DNA from: Lama guanicoe
Lineage: Eukaryota
DNA length: 64,000 bases
Assembly (NCBI GenBank): GCA_013239625.1
Contig: MU054098.1
Span: 2,295,104 to 2,359,103 of the forward strand
Direction of reading: 5' to 3'
The notes under the pieces were generated by a model. It saw only the letters and a program-made list of their open reading frames with translations, did not search any database and was not told the DNA's origin. Of the stretch, positions 11,431 to 22,690 are shown piece after piece. How positions within the stretch are numbered: position 1 is the first letter of the stretch; every line of letters starts with the position of its first letter. Position numbers and translations under genes: made by a program.

Positions 11431-13010
11431 ACTATAAAGTGGGACTTGGCAGCTGCCCCCACATAGCCTTGGCTTCTAGGGAGGAAAAGCACCTTTCATC
11501 TTTCCACCTCTCTGTAGTGTGGTAAAGGACATGCGAAAAAATGGCCAGAGAGTTCATTCTAGTATAAAGGAATAGATTTTCAGCATATTTCTCAGCAATA
11601 TATTTCAGCAACATAAAATACAACTGATTATGGTCACTTACCTGATTTTGGAATTAGAACATCTGGGTACTATCTTCATGTACTTCAATATAAAAACACA
11701 CTATACAAATTATACAGTAATTTCAATAGAAAAAAATCATATTTAATGAACTATACTCAGAGTGTTTGATGAAGTTGGCATTATAGATGATGAAGGCAGG
11801 AATGAAAATAGACCCATTAAGCTCACTTTTTTTCTGGAATCCTGCCCATCAGCTGAAAATGATTGGGCATAACACTGCAGAAGCTTAAGGTAATGAATTT
11901 GACTCTGAGGATGAGAGTTAAGGAAGGGCAAGAGGAGAAGTGGGGATGGCTCTGGCATGCGCTGCCGGCATATGTGTGGGCTGTCCTTTTGGCCCCTGAT
12001 TTGCACTGGCAGGCAGGAATCCACAGTGAGGACCAGGGATGCACCTGGTTTGGCACTTTGAGGACAAGGGCTTACTGGAACCACTTGAGGGCAACAAGTG
12101 AAGAAAAGAGAAGCCATGGAATTTCTACACTTTAAGAGGGCATGAAGAAAGGAACCTCACGGGGACTACGGGAAAGCTTAATGTCCTGGAAGGCAGGGAG
12201 AAAGGGAGATGGAGAAGAAAACAGTATCAAATGGAGAGCAGAAGGTCTCAGTGGCAGGAAACTATGAGAAGATAGATGAAAGAACACACCAACTCTTGCC
12301 TGGGGAGGTTTAATTCAAGGTCTCTATGAGGCCAAAAATTATTTTAGATGCACTTGGAAGTAATTAAGTCATTTTCAAAAGGCAAGTAGCTCTTAGGTTG
12401 CATCCATAAAACCTTCTATAGTGAAGCAAAGAAATACTGAAACTCATGGACACACTATGATTCAAAAGCCCTCAGCTTTAGGGGCAGCCACTGGAGACAA
12501 AGGGAAAGTGTGTTGTTAAGTTAAATTATAAGAAAACATATTTATAGCAATATCTAATTAGATGAACCAATGCCTGCTCAGAGATTAGTCTTTCCTGTCC
12601 TTGGCTGGTACCCTAATGGGTATATTAGAATGTACACAGAGCATTAAAAGAGGCCATCTATTACTCAGCAGTCAGATCAGGTATTGAGCTTGTTAATTAC
12701 TAATGAAATGAACTTCTAGCATGTTAGCCATGTGAAAAAAACACAAGGGAAGTTACAAAGAACATGTTATATATTCCCAAAAGACTAAGGCTGAATCAAA
12801 GTATTGGGGTTAAAAGTCATGTGAGATGTCAAACTATGTAGCACATACAGAGAAGTTCTGAGGGACAGATGGTTGTTATTTCTGAGTAGCCCTATGACAC
12901 ACTGAAAACATTTGCTCCACTGCCCTCATCAACCAAAGCTCTGCTTGTGTTGTGGGCCCCAAGGCTGCTTAGGCTTATCCCCTCAGCAATTAGTGTAATA
13001 TTTATCTAGA

Positions 13011-13148
13011 CTAGAGTTTGTAAGATCAGTGTACCTCCCATAATTATCTACAAAATATGGGCATATAGGCATTTCTCTGGAGAAAATGGCTTCCATCTCA
13101 TTCCTAAACTGGTCAAAGCTCCCTCCCCCCAGAAATGAACAACCACTC
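13011..13148. mobile_element. short hAT-Charlie MITE remnant
   Basis: gcatttctctggagaaaatggcttccatctcattcc...aaccact, flanked on both sides by ctagac, like the hAT NTCTAGAN target. Confidence 0.4.
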
Positions 13149-13420
13149 CTAGACGTGTTTTATTTATAAAGAACAGCCCCAGTGAGGTTTCTTGAGTGTT
13201 AGTACTTGCTATTTTATACCTGTCAATCAGTTCTAGACACTAGCCAATTAAGCAACACATCTGGAAACCCACTTTAGAGTATGAAAACCCCCAAACTGCT
13301 CAAACTGATAAGGGTTAGGGAATTTGCCCAAGTCATAATTTTGCTTGTTGTCTAAAATTCTGCACAACAACCAACTCCACTGTGGGGACTACTGCCATGT
13401 CCCTAAACAGGGAGACTATC

Positions 13421-13464
13421 TTGTAAACAATGTAACCTTAGCAACAGTTTCGTTACCATGAGAC
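13421..13464. promoter_or_regulatory. candidate forkhead + RFX X-box composite element
   Basis: GTAAACAA (13423-13430), GTAACC-TT-AGCAAC (13432-13445; exact fit to GTNRCC N0-3 RGYAAC) and GTTACCATGAGAC (13452-13464). Confidence 0.5.
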
Positions 13465-14117
13465 AGTATAGATTAAAAGCTATTGTATTTTTAGTTAGAA
13501 ATCTAACTTCTTTTAGTACCAGAAAGGGAATTAATCTTAACCAAGAACCCACTTTGTTCTGTCCCAAGGTAGGCATAATTCCACCAGACACCCTGCTGTT
13601 CAGGTGACTGCACGGAGATTGTTATAGCATTCTTATTAAGATTCTCAAAGTTATCAGCAGATCATCTTCACGTAATATTAGCAGATAATCGTAGAATTTC
13701 AAAAGTATCACTGAAAGGGTATGAGTCATTGAAAAAAAAACTAAGAGAGATTGTGTTCTATATAGAGTTGGCAGCTAAAGGGCAAGAATTACGCAAAAGA
13801 AAATATTGGGGGAGATGAGGAACATGTGTCTATTACTGGGATGTATGCTTTCAGAATTGGGTATATGTCTATAGATGGGGGCACTTTTAATGGAGATCCT
13901 CTCTGACTCAGCCAGCCACAGAAGGAAGATGAAAAAGTACTCCAAACAGAGAGGACAGCTTGTCACACCTATCTCTTCAACCACCTTGCCTACATAGAGA
14001 ACAATGATCATCCCTAGCATTACCTTGGCGTTACAGAGAACGACTCATAAGAAGGGGATTAAAGAGCTGCTGGAGGTCCAGATTGGCTTGTCCTTTGAAT
14101 CTCTGCAGGCTGCCTGC

Positions 14118-14132
14118 GTTGCCGTTAGCAAT
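14118..14132. promoter_or_regulatory. X-box-like RFX site
   Basis: GTTGCC-GTT-AGCAAT, one mismatch to consensus, in a small CpG-retaining patch. Confidence 0.4.
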
Positions 14133-14356
14133 TCTTAGGACGGAAGCTTTCACCAGCACAGTAGGAAGAGCAAAAGTGCCCTCTTTACATAGCAGATGTG
14201 TTCTTGGGAAGTTAAGTGTAACTCAAGGACTGAAAGTCAATGAGTCAACGAATAGCTAGTTCTGTAAAAGAATGCTTTGATTTTCTAGTATGGTCTTTAT
14301 CTTTAAAACACACATGTACACACATATATAACACATTTATATATTTTTCTTATTGA

Positions 14357-14367
14357 ATATATATATA

Positions 14368-14401
<34 letters not shown>
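14357..14401. repeat. compound (AT)n(GT)n(AT)n microsatellite
   Basis: read directly. Confidence 0.95.
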
Positions 14402-14469
14402 GCCTATTTTGCTCCATATACTTAGGGGGGAAATCTTTAGATTAGCTCACAGTCATATTTTAAAAAATA

Positions 14470-14650
14470 GGGGGAGGGTATAGCTCAGTAGTAGAGTATA
14501 TTCTTGGCATGCATGAGGTCCTGGGTTCAATCCCCACTACTTCCACTAAAATAATTAAATAAATAAACAAACCTAATTATCCCCCTCCACTAAACCCCCA
14601 AAACTAACTAACGAAATAAATACAAACAAAAATATAAGGAGAAAAAACTT
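14470..14650 (+). mobile_element. tRNA-derived SINE, camelid Vic-1 type
   Basis: gggggagggtatagctcagtagtagag...gaggtcctgggttcaatcccc; Pol III A box 14481-14491, B box 14524-14534; A-rich tail; aaaaata on both flanks. Confidence 0.88.
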
Positions 14651-16009
14651 TAAAAATACTAAGGTGCGGTTAGGTTCTGAGTTTAGCAAACCAGAATTTT
14701 CTAAAACTATCAGTCCATGGAATTTTTTGTTTAATTGGTTTTGTAAACTAGACCATATATTGAATGCCTATTTAAAGGAAATCTCTGGGCAAAGAATCAT
14801 CTTTTGATAATTGTAATGCTAAGCACCCAAATTTCATGGTACTGTATATTCACCTCTGTGCTTATCAGGTGTTCTTGGACATTGAAGCATGTGGGTATTC
14901 AGTGTGGGGACTGGATTCAGAAGCCCTTGCACTGCTGCTAGTCATTCTCCAGCAGCATTGTCAGTTCTAATCCGGGGAGAAGGGGCCATGTGGAGATACC
15001 GACTACAGGTAGTTATTCATTCTTAAATAGCAAAGAACAGGAAAAAAAAAAGCAAAGGACAACTAAAGGTCTTCTGTCTTGTATCTCCTTCTTTGGTCAA
15101 GAAAACATTTCTAGTCTGGGCTCCCCACTGACTCTCAGCTCTGGAAGAGGGTGAGAGCATCAGAAGTGGCAAAAACATTTGGATATTTTCAGAGACTTGA
15201 ACAGAGGCAAAAAGCATGGAGAATACAGAAAATGCACGTTCACTCCAGAGGTTATTGACAAGATTAATTACCTCATAACTGCTTTAATAAAATGACTCCA
15301 AGCATATTGCAACTATAATTATCCATAAAAATCATAATGAATTCAATTTCTCCAGAAATCACCATCCTGCAACTGGGGAGTGTAGAAGTATGGGGAGGAG
15401 GCAATCTAACTCTTCAGGAGGGAAAGAGAGCAGGAGACGGTTGGCGGAACTACATGGTGTCTAATTAGGTCAAGTACATAGGGGCGAATGATGTTTATTC
15501 TGACTTTTGCTTTGTGATGTTTCATATTGCTCTATGGACCCCATTTTTAGATGCCAATATTTCTGTTGAAAATAATCCCAAACATCACTTTTTCCCTTTC
15601 CTCCCACCACCCCATCATTGTGTGTGTGTGTGCATGCATGTCCCAGTGCACATATACACATATCTGTACTCATGAACTTGGCTCAAATTTTCTTAGAAAA
15701 ATGCATATTAGAAGAGACAGGGCCAATGCTCATCCTGGTCCTGGTCAAACTGAGAGGGAGGAGATGATGGTATGTACTCTCCACACTTTCTGCATCTGGC
15801 TACCTACTTAGGTATTTATTCCACCTCCAGGACCCTCATGCTTCCTCTGGGCTACTTAGGGCCCTTTTCCAGTCCCCTTCTCCACACAAGGACCCACTCA
15901 GAGCTGGTCTTATCTTCCTTTTCCTTACATAAAAATGTCCCTATCTTGGGTCCTATTCCCACAAAATCATGCTGTGATCTGTCTTACTGAACATGTAATG
16001 ACAAAGGAA

Positions 16010-16190
16010 TCTATTTTGGATTGGAAGTCAGAATGACCCTATACCACTGAATGGCCATGCAGTTTGGGGGCAGATCACTTAACTTCTCTAAACTTCAGTT
16101 TCTCTGAATCTCAGTTTGTTTCTGTCTCTCAAAAAAAAAGTTTCAATAATGAAACTTGCACTATCCACTTCACAGGAGGATTCGATGAGA
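16010..16190 (+). mobile_element. MIR SINE
   Basis: ggcagatcacttaacttctctaaacttcagtttctc...cacttcacaggagg. Confidence 0.7.
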
Positions 16191-16204
16191 GGTAGAAAAA
16201 GAAA

Positions 16205-16430
16205 ACTAACATTTTATGGAGTCCTTTCATTATTTTCAAAGCTGCTATCTAATTTAATTTCTAAAACAACTCTGTGCTAAATATTATATTCTTATGCTCA
16301 CATTATAAACAGGGAAATTGAGAATGAGAAAAGGTCAGCTATGTACCCAAGGTTATCCAACTTCTATGTGACAGCAGTGGTGTATGAACCTAGGTCCACA
16401 GACTCCATCTTGTGTTCTTTCTACCACACA
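16205..16430 (-). mobile_element. MIR SINE
   Basis: cacattataaacagggaaattgagaatgagaaaagg...tgaacctaggtccacagactcc. Confidence 0.7.
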
Positions 16431-16979
16431 GTACTGAAGTGTACAAAGGGTGATGTGCGACACTCATGAAAAATATTAATGTCACCATCCTTATTATGTT
16501 ATCAGCTTGTATCATGATTCCTTAAGACAGTTTTTCCTCTTCAGTCAGGACTGTCTGTCTTCTTTGTCACCACTTCTCAACATGCCAATGCCTTGGCTTA
16601 ATTTTCTATCTGAAAAATTTGAGTCTTCAGATTCCACCTGTTTCATGAAGCTGTCCCTCATTATCTCACCCTGATTTGATAGCTTCCTTCTTTGAAGACC
16701 TACAAACCTTCTTATCTCTACCAAGAAATATAGCCCTTGTTTACAAATACACTCAAATCATTCTCTACTCATTACGATGAATAACAGCAACTGTTTTTTT
16801 AGTCTCTACTGTATTCCAAGGTAAATGTCAATAATCAAAGTCTGTCTACTTCCAAAACTCCACAATATCATCTTGACATACCTCCAGCTCTTAGCCTACT
16901 GCTCTCTGACACAGAAACTTATGCCTTGTATGGTCTTGACTACTTAATTGTGTCTGCATGTTCCATACTTATCTCCAGC

Positions 16980-17285
16980 GCAGCATTGTGATTAAGAGTA
17001 CAGCCAATAGGATCAGATTGAGTTCAAAAGTCAGCTCGCACTTATTAGTTATACACCTTGGGTAAACTACATAATCTTTCTGTGCCTCAGCTTTCTCACT
17101 TATAAAATAGGAATAATAATAGTACTTAACTCACCTATCTCACAGGGTCATGGTAAAGATACACACACACATATACACACACCTTGGAATGGACATTGGA
17201 AATATACCCCCCCATACACTTACACACAGAGAACTTAGAATTGTACAATCAGATAGTAACACAGTGTTCAGTTAACATTAGCTAT
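16980..17285 (+). mobile_element. MIR SINE interrupted by a CA-rich stretch (17160-17228)
   Basis: ctttctgtgcctcagctttctcacttataaaataggaataataatagtac. Confidence 0.8.
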
Positions 17286-17294
17286 TATTTCTCA

Positions 17295-17512
17295 TCTGCT
17301 CCCTATGCGCTAGGCTTGTAATATACATTATCCCACTTAATATGAACAACAACCCTGTGACATAGGCTCTGTTGTTACCCCCATTTGACAGATAAGTAAA
17401 ATTAAACTCAGGAAGTTTATAACACATTTCCAAAGTCCTATAGAACAAAGTGATAGATCCAGGATTCAGAACCAGATTGATCCTGCTCCAAGTCAATGTT
17501 CTTTCTGTTACA
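17295..17512 (-). mobile_element. MIR SINE
   Basis: aacaaccctgtgacataggctctgttgttacccccatttgacagataagtaaa. Confidence 0.8.
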
Positions 17513-17944
17513 GTGCTTATTCAAGTTGTTCTTATTGTATATGCCTCATCATCCAAATAGGACTATAAACTTCCAAGGGTAGGATCTATGTATGCATTAT
17601 AATACTTATAGATTCCCTGGTCCCTCCACTGTAATCCTTGGTTTTTGTTTGCCATGACATTTGCTTTTAATAAACAGTCCCTAACTTGGAAAGCACTTTT
17701 TGAGTAAAGCCTAGAAACTATAATCCTTCAGGCACAGGGGTACCACTTCTCTTATTGCCGAACTCACGAAAAGGGTTTCCTGCTTAGGACCTATCAGGCT
17801 CCCTGATCATTACCTCCCAATACAGCTTGTAAATTTCTCATGCCTCTTTCCCTTTGTACTTATCAGGCTGGGTAATCCCTATTTCAAGAAGTGAAATGAG
17901 GAGACGCTAGGGACTTGAAGGGTCTTGTACATTCAGGTTTAATT

Positions 17945-18030
17945 TCCACTCATTCATTCAACAAATCTTTATGGGGCACCAGCTATGTGCCAGGTACCTT
18001 TCTAGGTACCAGGGCTACAGACAAAACTGC
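17945..18030 (-). mobile_element. L2 3' end
   Basis: cactcattcattcaacaaatctttatggggcaccagctatgtgccaggtacc. Confidence 0.8.
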
Positions 18031-18051
18031 CCAGACTGGAACCGCATACTC

Positions 18052-18408
18052 TGTATTAGTGTTCACTAACATGAGGATTACCTCCTCTTGGAATGCTTCC
18101 CACCCTCTTGAAGTCAGGGCTTGGGCATTTGACTTGTTTAGGTCATTGTAATGAGATACATGTCACTTCTGGGCAAGAGCTTTTATGCTGCATGCTTGGT
18201 TACCTGCTATCTTCCCTCTACAGCAATGAGCAGCAATATTACAGATGAATTCTATCCCATTAGCCTGGGTCCCAGAATAAAGATGACATAGAAAAAAGCC
18301 CCAGCCAGTCCACAAGGGGAATGAAAAATAAACTCTGCCAATTCAAACCACTGTAATTTTTCAGGTAATTTCATACTGCAGCATAGTCTAGGATACCATG
18401 ATTGATAC
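18052..18408 (+). mobile_element. ERVL-MaLR solo LTR (MLT1I/J-like)
   Basis: ttcccaccctcttgaagtcagggcttgggcatttgacttg...cattagcctgggtccc...aataaac...tgataca; TG...CA termini. Confidence 0.8.
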
Positions 18409-18864
18409 AGAGTGAAAGGAGGAAAATAAAGAAAACAGCGTCCCACTCTTCATTGCAGCTGTTGCTATGGATTTACTTATAGCTGTCTAATTGACTAATG
18501 GTGTTTAGAAGGCTAAACATGCGCATACTGGGGTGGGGGAAAGGAAACAATGCTATAAATCCAGTCATGGCTGTGGCAGTACCCTGATCAAAGTAGTCAG
18601 AATCTTCCCGATAGAGTGTCGAGAAAAAGAAACCCCAGTACAATGAAACTGTATACATATATCTGCATGGATCCGGTGAACATATTAAACCAGGAGAGTT
18701 AAGCTTGAGTGCTTCTCTCACTAGAAATCAATTTCTTATGTTGCACTATTGCTTTTGGTTGTCCTCTTAAAAGTGGACTTCTAATGTTCTCCCTGGTAAA
18801 CTATTCATATCCCCCAGGTGAATATTTGTGGTTTGTATAAGTCATCATAACTCCATAGTGGGTG

Positions 18865-19304
18865 GTGGCAGCCACGAGAATGAGTCTTACACACACACCA
18901 CCCCCCACCCAACTACAATGAGCAGAACAATGAAGGGCCTAGCTGCTGCGCTCTGAAATCCATCACAGCATTTGCTCCCAAGTCACACTCCCTGCAGGAG
19001 ACTCCTGACTAAGTACAGCAGAAAAATGAAGGCAGCCCCATCCCTGGGAGACACAGGACTCCTCTGATGGCTGATTCCCCAAGTACTCACCAAACCTCTA
19101 AACTGCTCAGAAGTCTAGGACACTTCACTGGACTTTCCTTCCCTCTCTCCTTTACTCAAGATCAGACTTAAACTGTGGTCTGACAGCTCTCCCAGCCTTT
19201 ACTGGCCCACTCCTCATTTTTTCTCACAAGTGTTTCCCCTCATAAAATCTGTGGAGATTAAATTCTATCTTGGTAACTCTTTCTCAGAGAACCCTGACAA
19301 CCAC
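18865..19304 (+). mobile_element. ERVL solo LTR (LTR16-like)
   Basis: gctgctgcgctctgaaatccatcac...gtggtctgacagctctcccagcc...ctatcttggtaactctttctcagagaaccctgac. Confidence 0.75.
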
Positions 19305-19404
19305 ATGGGCCGATTTGTTGATATTCCTTAAAATGTCATACTTGAAGCCTAGACCTGGAGGCAGGAAATCCTGTCCACATATACCATGCATTATCTTTAC
19401 ATGA

Positions 19405-19510
19405 ACGCAGAGCCCTGGAGAGCAGGGAATGTGAAACTGACAGAGTCCACAATGCCCAGCCCAGTGCCTAGTACAGATACTCAATATATTTTTGTCAAAT
19501 AAACAAATCA
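19405..19510 (+). mobile_element. L2 3' end
   Basis: gcccagcccagtgcctagtacagatactcaatatatttttgtcaaataaac. Confidence 0.7.
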
Positions 19511-19825
19511 GTGAATGCTCCTTAGATTAGCAGTTTGTCAGTTATACTTCTCAGAATCCTACAATTCTAGAAGGGAATTTAAAGACCATTTAGTCCACGT
19601 GGAAACACACCTCTTTTATATCCAGTACCTGGAAGTCTCTTGTTTACTGAATATAAGAAATGAGATGCTATTACACTTAGGTTCATTCTGGGATTTAAAA
19701 ATATTTTGGTCAAGATGTTTTTCTCTTATGCCTAATCTCATTCTTTGTGCTCTGGATCACTTATAGAAGATCATTAGCATTCTCTTTATAATAACCTTTT
19801 TTATGTTTATATCCATTCACTCTGT

Positions 19826-20110
19826 TATTCATTCATCAAACACTGAGCACATTCTATGACCCAAGTACTGTGGTAGGCACTAGAGATATGGAGAGAAGTA
19901 AAATTTGGTCCCTGCATTCACCTCAGCTTTCAGCCTAGGGAGATAAACAAACATTAAATAAATAATCAAATGAATAAATATGTATCCACAACTTGTGGTA
20001 AGTGCCATGAAGGAAAGTAATGAGGAACTGTGGATAACAGGGTAAACACAATTTAGGTTGAGAGGGGAGTCAAACAAGGTTATTTTATGCAGTGATATTT
20101 AATCTTGGAT
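19826..20110 (-). mobile_element. L2 3' end
   Basis: attcattcatcaaacactgagcacattctatgacccaagtactgtggtaggcactagagat. Confidence 0.85.
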
Positions 20111-20239
20111 GCTATTTCTTCAGTTTTCCTTGAGAAATAGTCTGTTGTCTAATTGATCCTAAGACACATTTTACTTCATCTCATATGCTTTTCTTTCTGC
20201 CAGAAATGCTCTTTTTTCTAATCTTCACTTGAGGAGAAT

Positions 20240-21330
20240 CAACAAACTCTAGCAATGGGTTATATATGTGTAGGTGAAGTAAAAGAAGAGGGTTGAGAAT
20301 GACTCCTAGGTTTCTGGCTTACAGACTGGATGGGTGGTGGTGGTGCCATTACCTTAGATGGGCAAATCCATTGGCTCTACCTATAAAATACACAGTGCTT
20401 CTAAACACTTCTTCGTATATCCACTGTTATCACTCGAGTCCAAGCTACCATCATCTCTCTGATGGACTTTTGCAACAGCACTCCGACTGGTATCCCTGCC
20501 TCCCCGCTGGCCCCCTACAGTCTATTGTCATCACAAAATCTCAAAATCTAAATCAAATTATGTCACTTCTCTACTCAAAACCCTACAATGGTTTTTTATC
20601 ACACTTGGAACAAAAATCAAATTGTCCTCATCATGATCTACAAGCACATATATATGATATGGCTCCTGGCTACCTCTCTGACCCCATTTCCTAAAACTTT
20701 TCACTTACTCCAGTCATTATGCTTTGTCTCAAATATACCAAGCATATTCCCACCTCAGGGCATTTGCACTCGCTGTTTCAACTCTGTGAAATGTTCTCCC
20801 AGATATTTGCATGGCTTATTATGTCTTTCTGTTCAGGTTTTCCTTAATTAGCCTCTTCTCAGAGAGATCTTCCTTGATCACCCTATCAAATATAGTATCT
20901 TCTCCATCATTATCACTCTAGTCTTCTTTGCTTCAATATACTTACAATATACAATATACAATATATTTTTATATATAAAAACCCATTACTCATTTTATTT
21001 GTATTATTATCTCTACCAATAAAATATAAACTCTAGAAGTCAAAAACCCGTTTACTTTATATCTCTAGTACCTAGAATTGTGTTTGCTACCCAAGAGGTA
21101 GGAGCAGAGGTGGGAGAAGACAATTACTTTAGTTTTGGATGTGCTGATTTGGAGATGATTTGAGGATATCCAAGCTGGGATGTCCAGTGGGCAGTTGCAC
21201 AGTGGATTCTGGAACTCAGACTCAGATAGAAATTTGAGAGTCATAAGCATAGAGATGGTATTTAAAGCCATGAGATTAGATGAGGACAAGATAAACTAGA
21301 AAGGAGTATAAGGAGGAGAGGACCTAGGCC
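20240..21330 (-). mobile_element. L2 (minus), split by a plus-strand L2
   Basis: gagaatgactcctaggtttctggcttacagactggatgggtggtggtgcc, resuming at ~21095 (gagatgatttgaggatatccaagctgggatgtccagtgggcagttg). Confidence 0.75.
20360..21090 (+). mobile_element. L2 3' region
   Basis: gtccaagctaccatcatctctctgatggac...ttcccacctcagggcatttgcactcgctgtt...ctagtacctagaattgtg. Confidence 0.85.
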
Positions 21331-22579
21331 TGGGTCATGGTGATCAACAATAGCAAAGACCATATGATGAATATCATTCTTCCTTAATTTTTTTCCTTCA
21401 GCCTCTCTCAATTATCCCTTGGCTCTTAAATGTCCATTTCCAGCAAGTTTGTTCTGATTTGGCAGGATTCTGGGTTAAAAGGAGGCAAATAGTCTTACAC
21501 ATACAAAATAAAACCTATTCTCAGCACAATTTTTCTGGATCTTCTAAGGGATGAGCTGTATTTAGGAAGGCTCCATTGAAAATATGCCTAAACAATGTTA
21601 ATTACAGTTCATGATTTAGACTTACTTCAGAAATCTATTAAGACAACTGTTAGTGAAAGTTCCATTGATAATTAAAACTCAGGCATATGTCACTGTTACT
21701 ACTAGATCATCCTTGCCTTTCATTTAGTTTGCTTCCTGTGCTCACCCCTCCTTCTTTTTAGCTACAGCACAGTTAAAACACTTTAGGAGAAGCTGAACCA
21801 ATTCTCATTCTTCAGTGTCAGGAACCCAGCTGGAGGCAAATCCAAAGATACAAGCTCCCCAAAATGGATTTTCAACTTTGATAAGCAAATGCATTCTGAT
21901 CACCAAGCATGTACACTGAGCCATTGTTTTTAGAGGCACTGAAGCATCAATATTGGTCATTTAGCTTGTTTGGCTTAGGTTGTAGGAGAAATGAAAAATC
22001 AGGAGCCTTCAACTCTGTGGGATGCTTTGAGAAAATGTCCTTTAAATTATTCAGGGTCCATTTGTCTCCATCTAAGAGTGCACAAAGTGTCAGATTAATT
22101 TTCAACAGTTAAGAATTAAGGCTCTGGAGTGGCTCTGTGATCAGAGTGGGCAACTGAAACATGCTAAATTGATGATGCCCGGGACAATATGCCTCTTTTG
22201 TGTCAGAAGCACAATGTGCTGTCAGGAATTAAGCAGTGTGAGCAGAGGAGTCATAGAGGCTGGATGCCAGGTGCCTGTGAGTCATACCCTAAAGGAAAGA
22301 ATGCAGGGGGCCACTTTGCCATTAAATAATGATTACAGCCTGACCAGGCAAAGATTCCTTTGGGCCACACACAACCACCCAAGCCCATAGAATGGTACTT
22401 TGGCTTTCCATAGTTTAAAGAACCTTGACTGCTGACCCCTAAATTTAGTATTGTCAGAGGACAGGTTTTTGGAAGGTTACAGCCACCTGAGATATTGGGA
22501 TGAGAGGGTTCAAGGAGAATGCAAAAATAATATTCCCTTACTTTTGGATTCAGCTGTTTCATAATCTATAACATGTTAC

Positions 22580-22690
22580 AGCTGGTAAAACTGAGACTCA
22601 GAGAGGGCTAAGTAACTTACCCATAGTCACACAGCCACAACTAGTTCGTGAAAAAACTGGAATTTGAATCCAAGTAATATTTTTCACATT
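22580..22690 (-). mobile_element. MIR fragment
   Basis: aaaactgagactcagagagggctaagtaacttacccatagtcacacagc. Confidence 0.8.

Noticed and set aside
14470..14545. tRNA-like sequence with A and B boxes
   Set aside because: SINE head followed by an A-rich tail; no intact cloverleaf acceptor stem
20293..20851. 133-aa and 87-aa ORFs
   Set aside because: Entirely within L2 remnants
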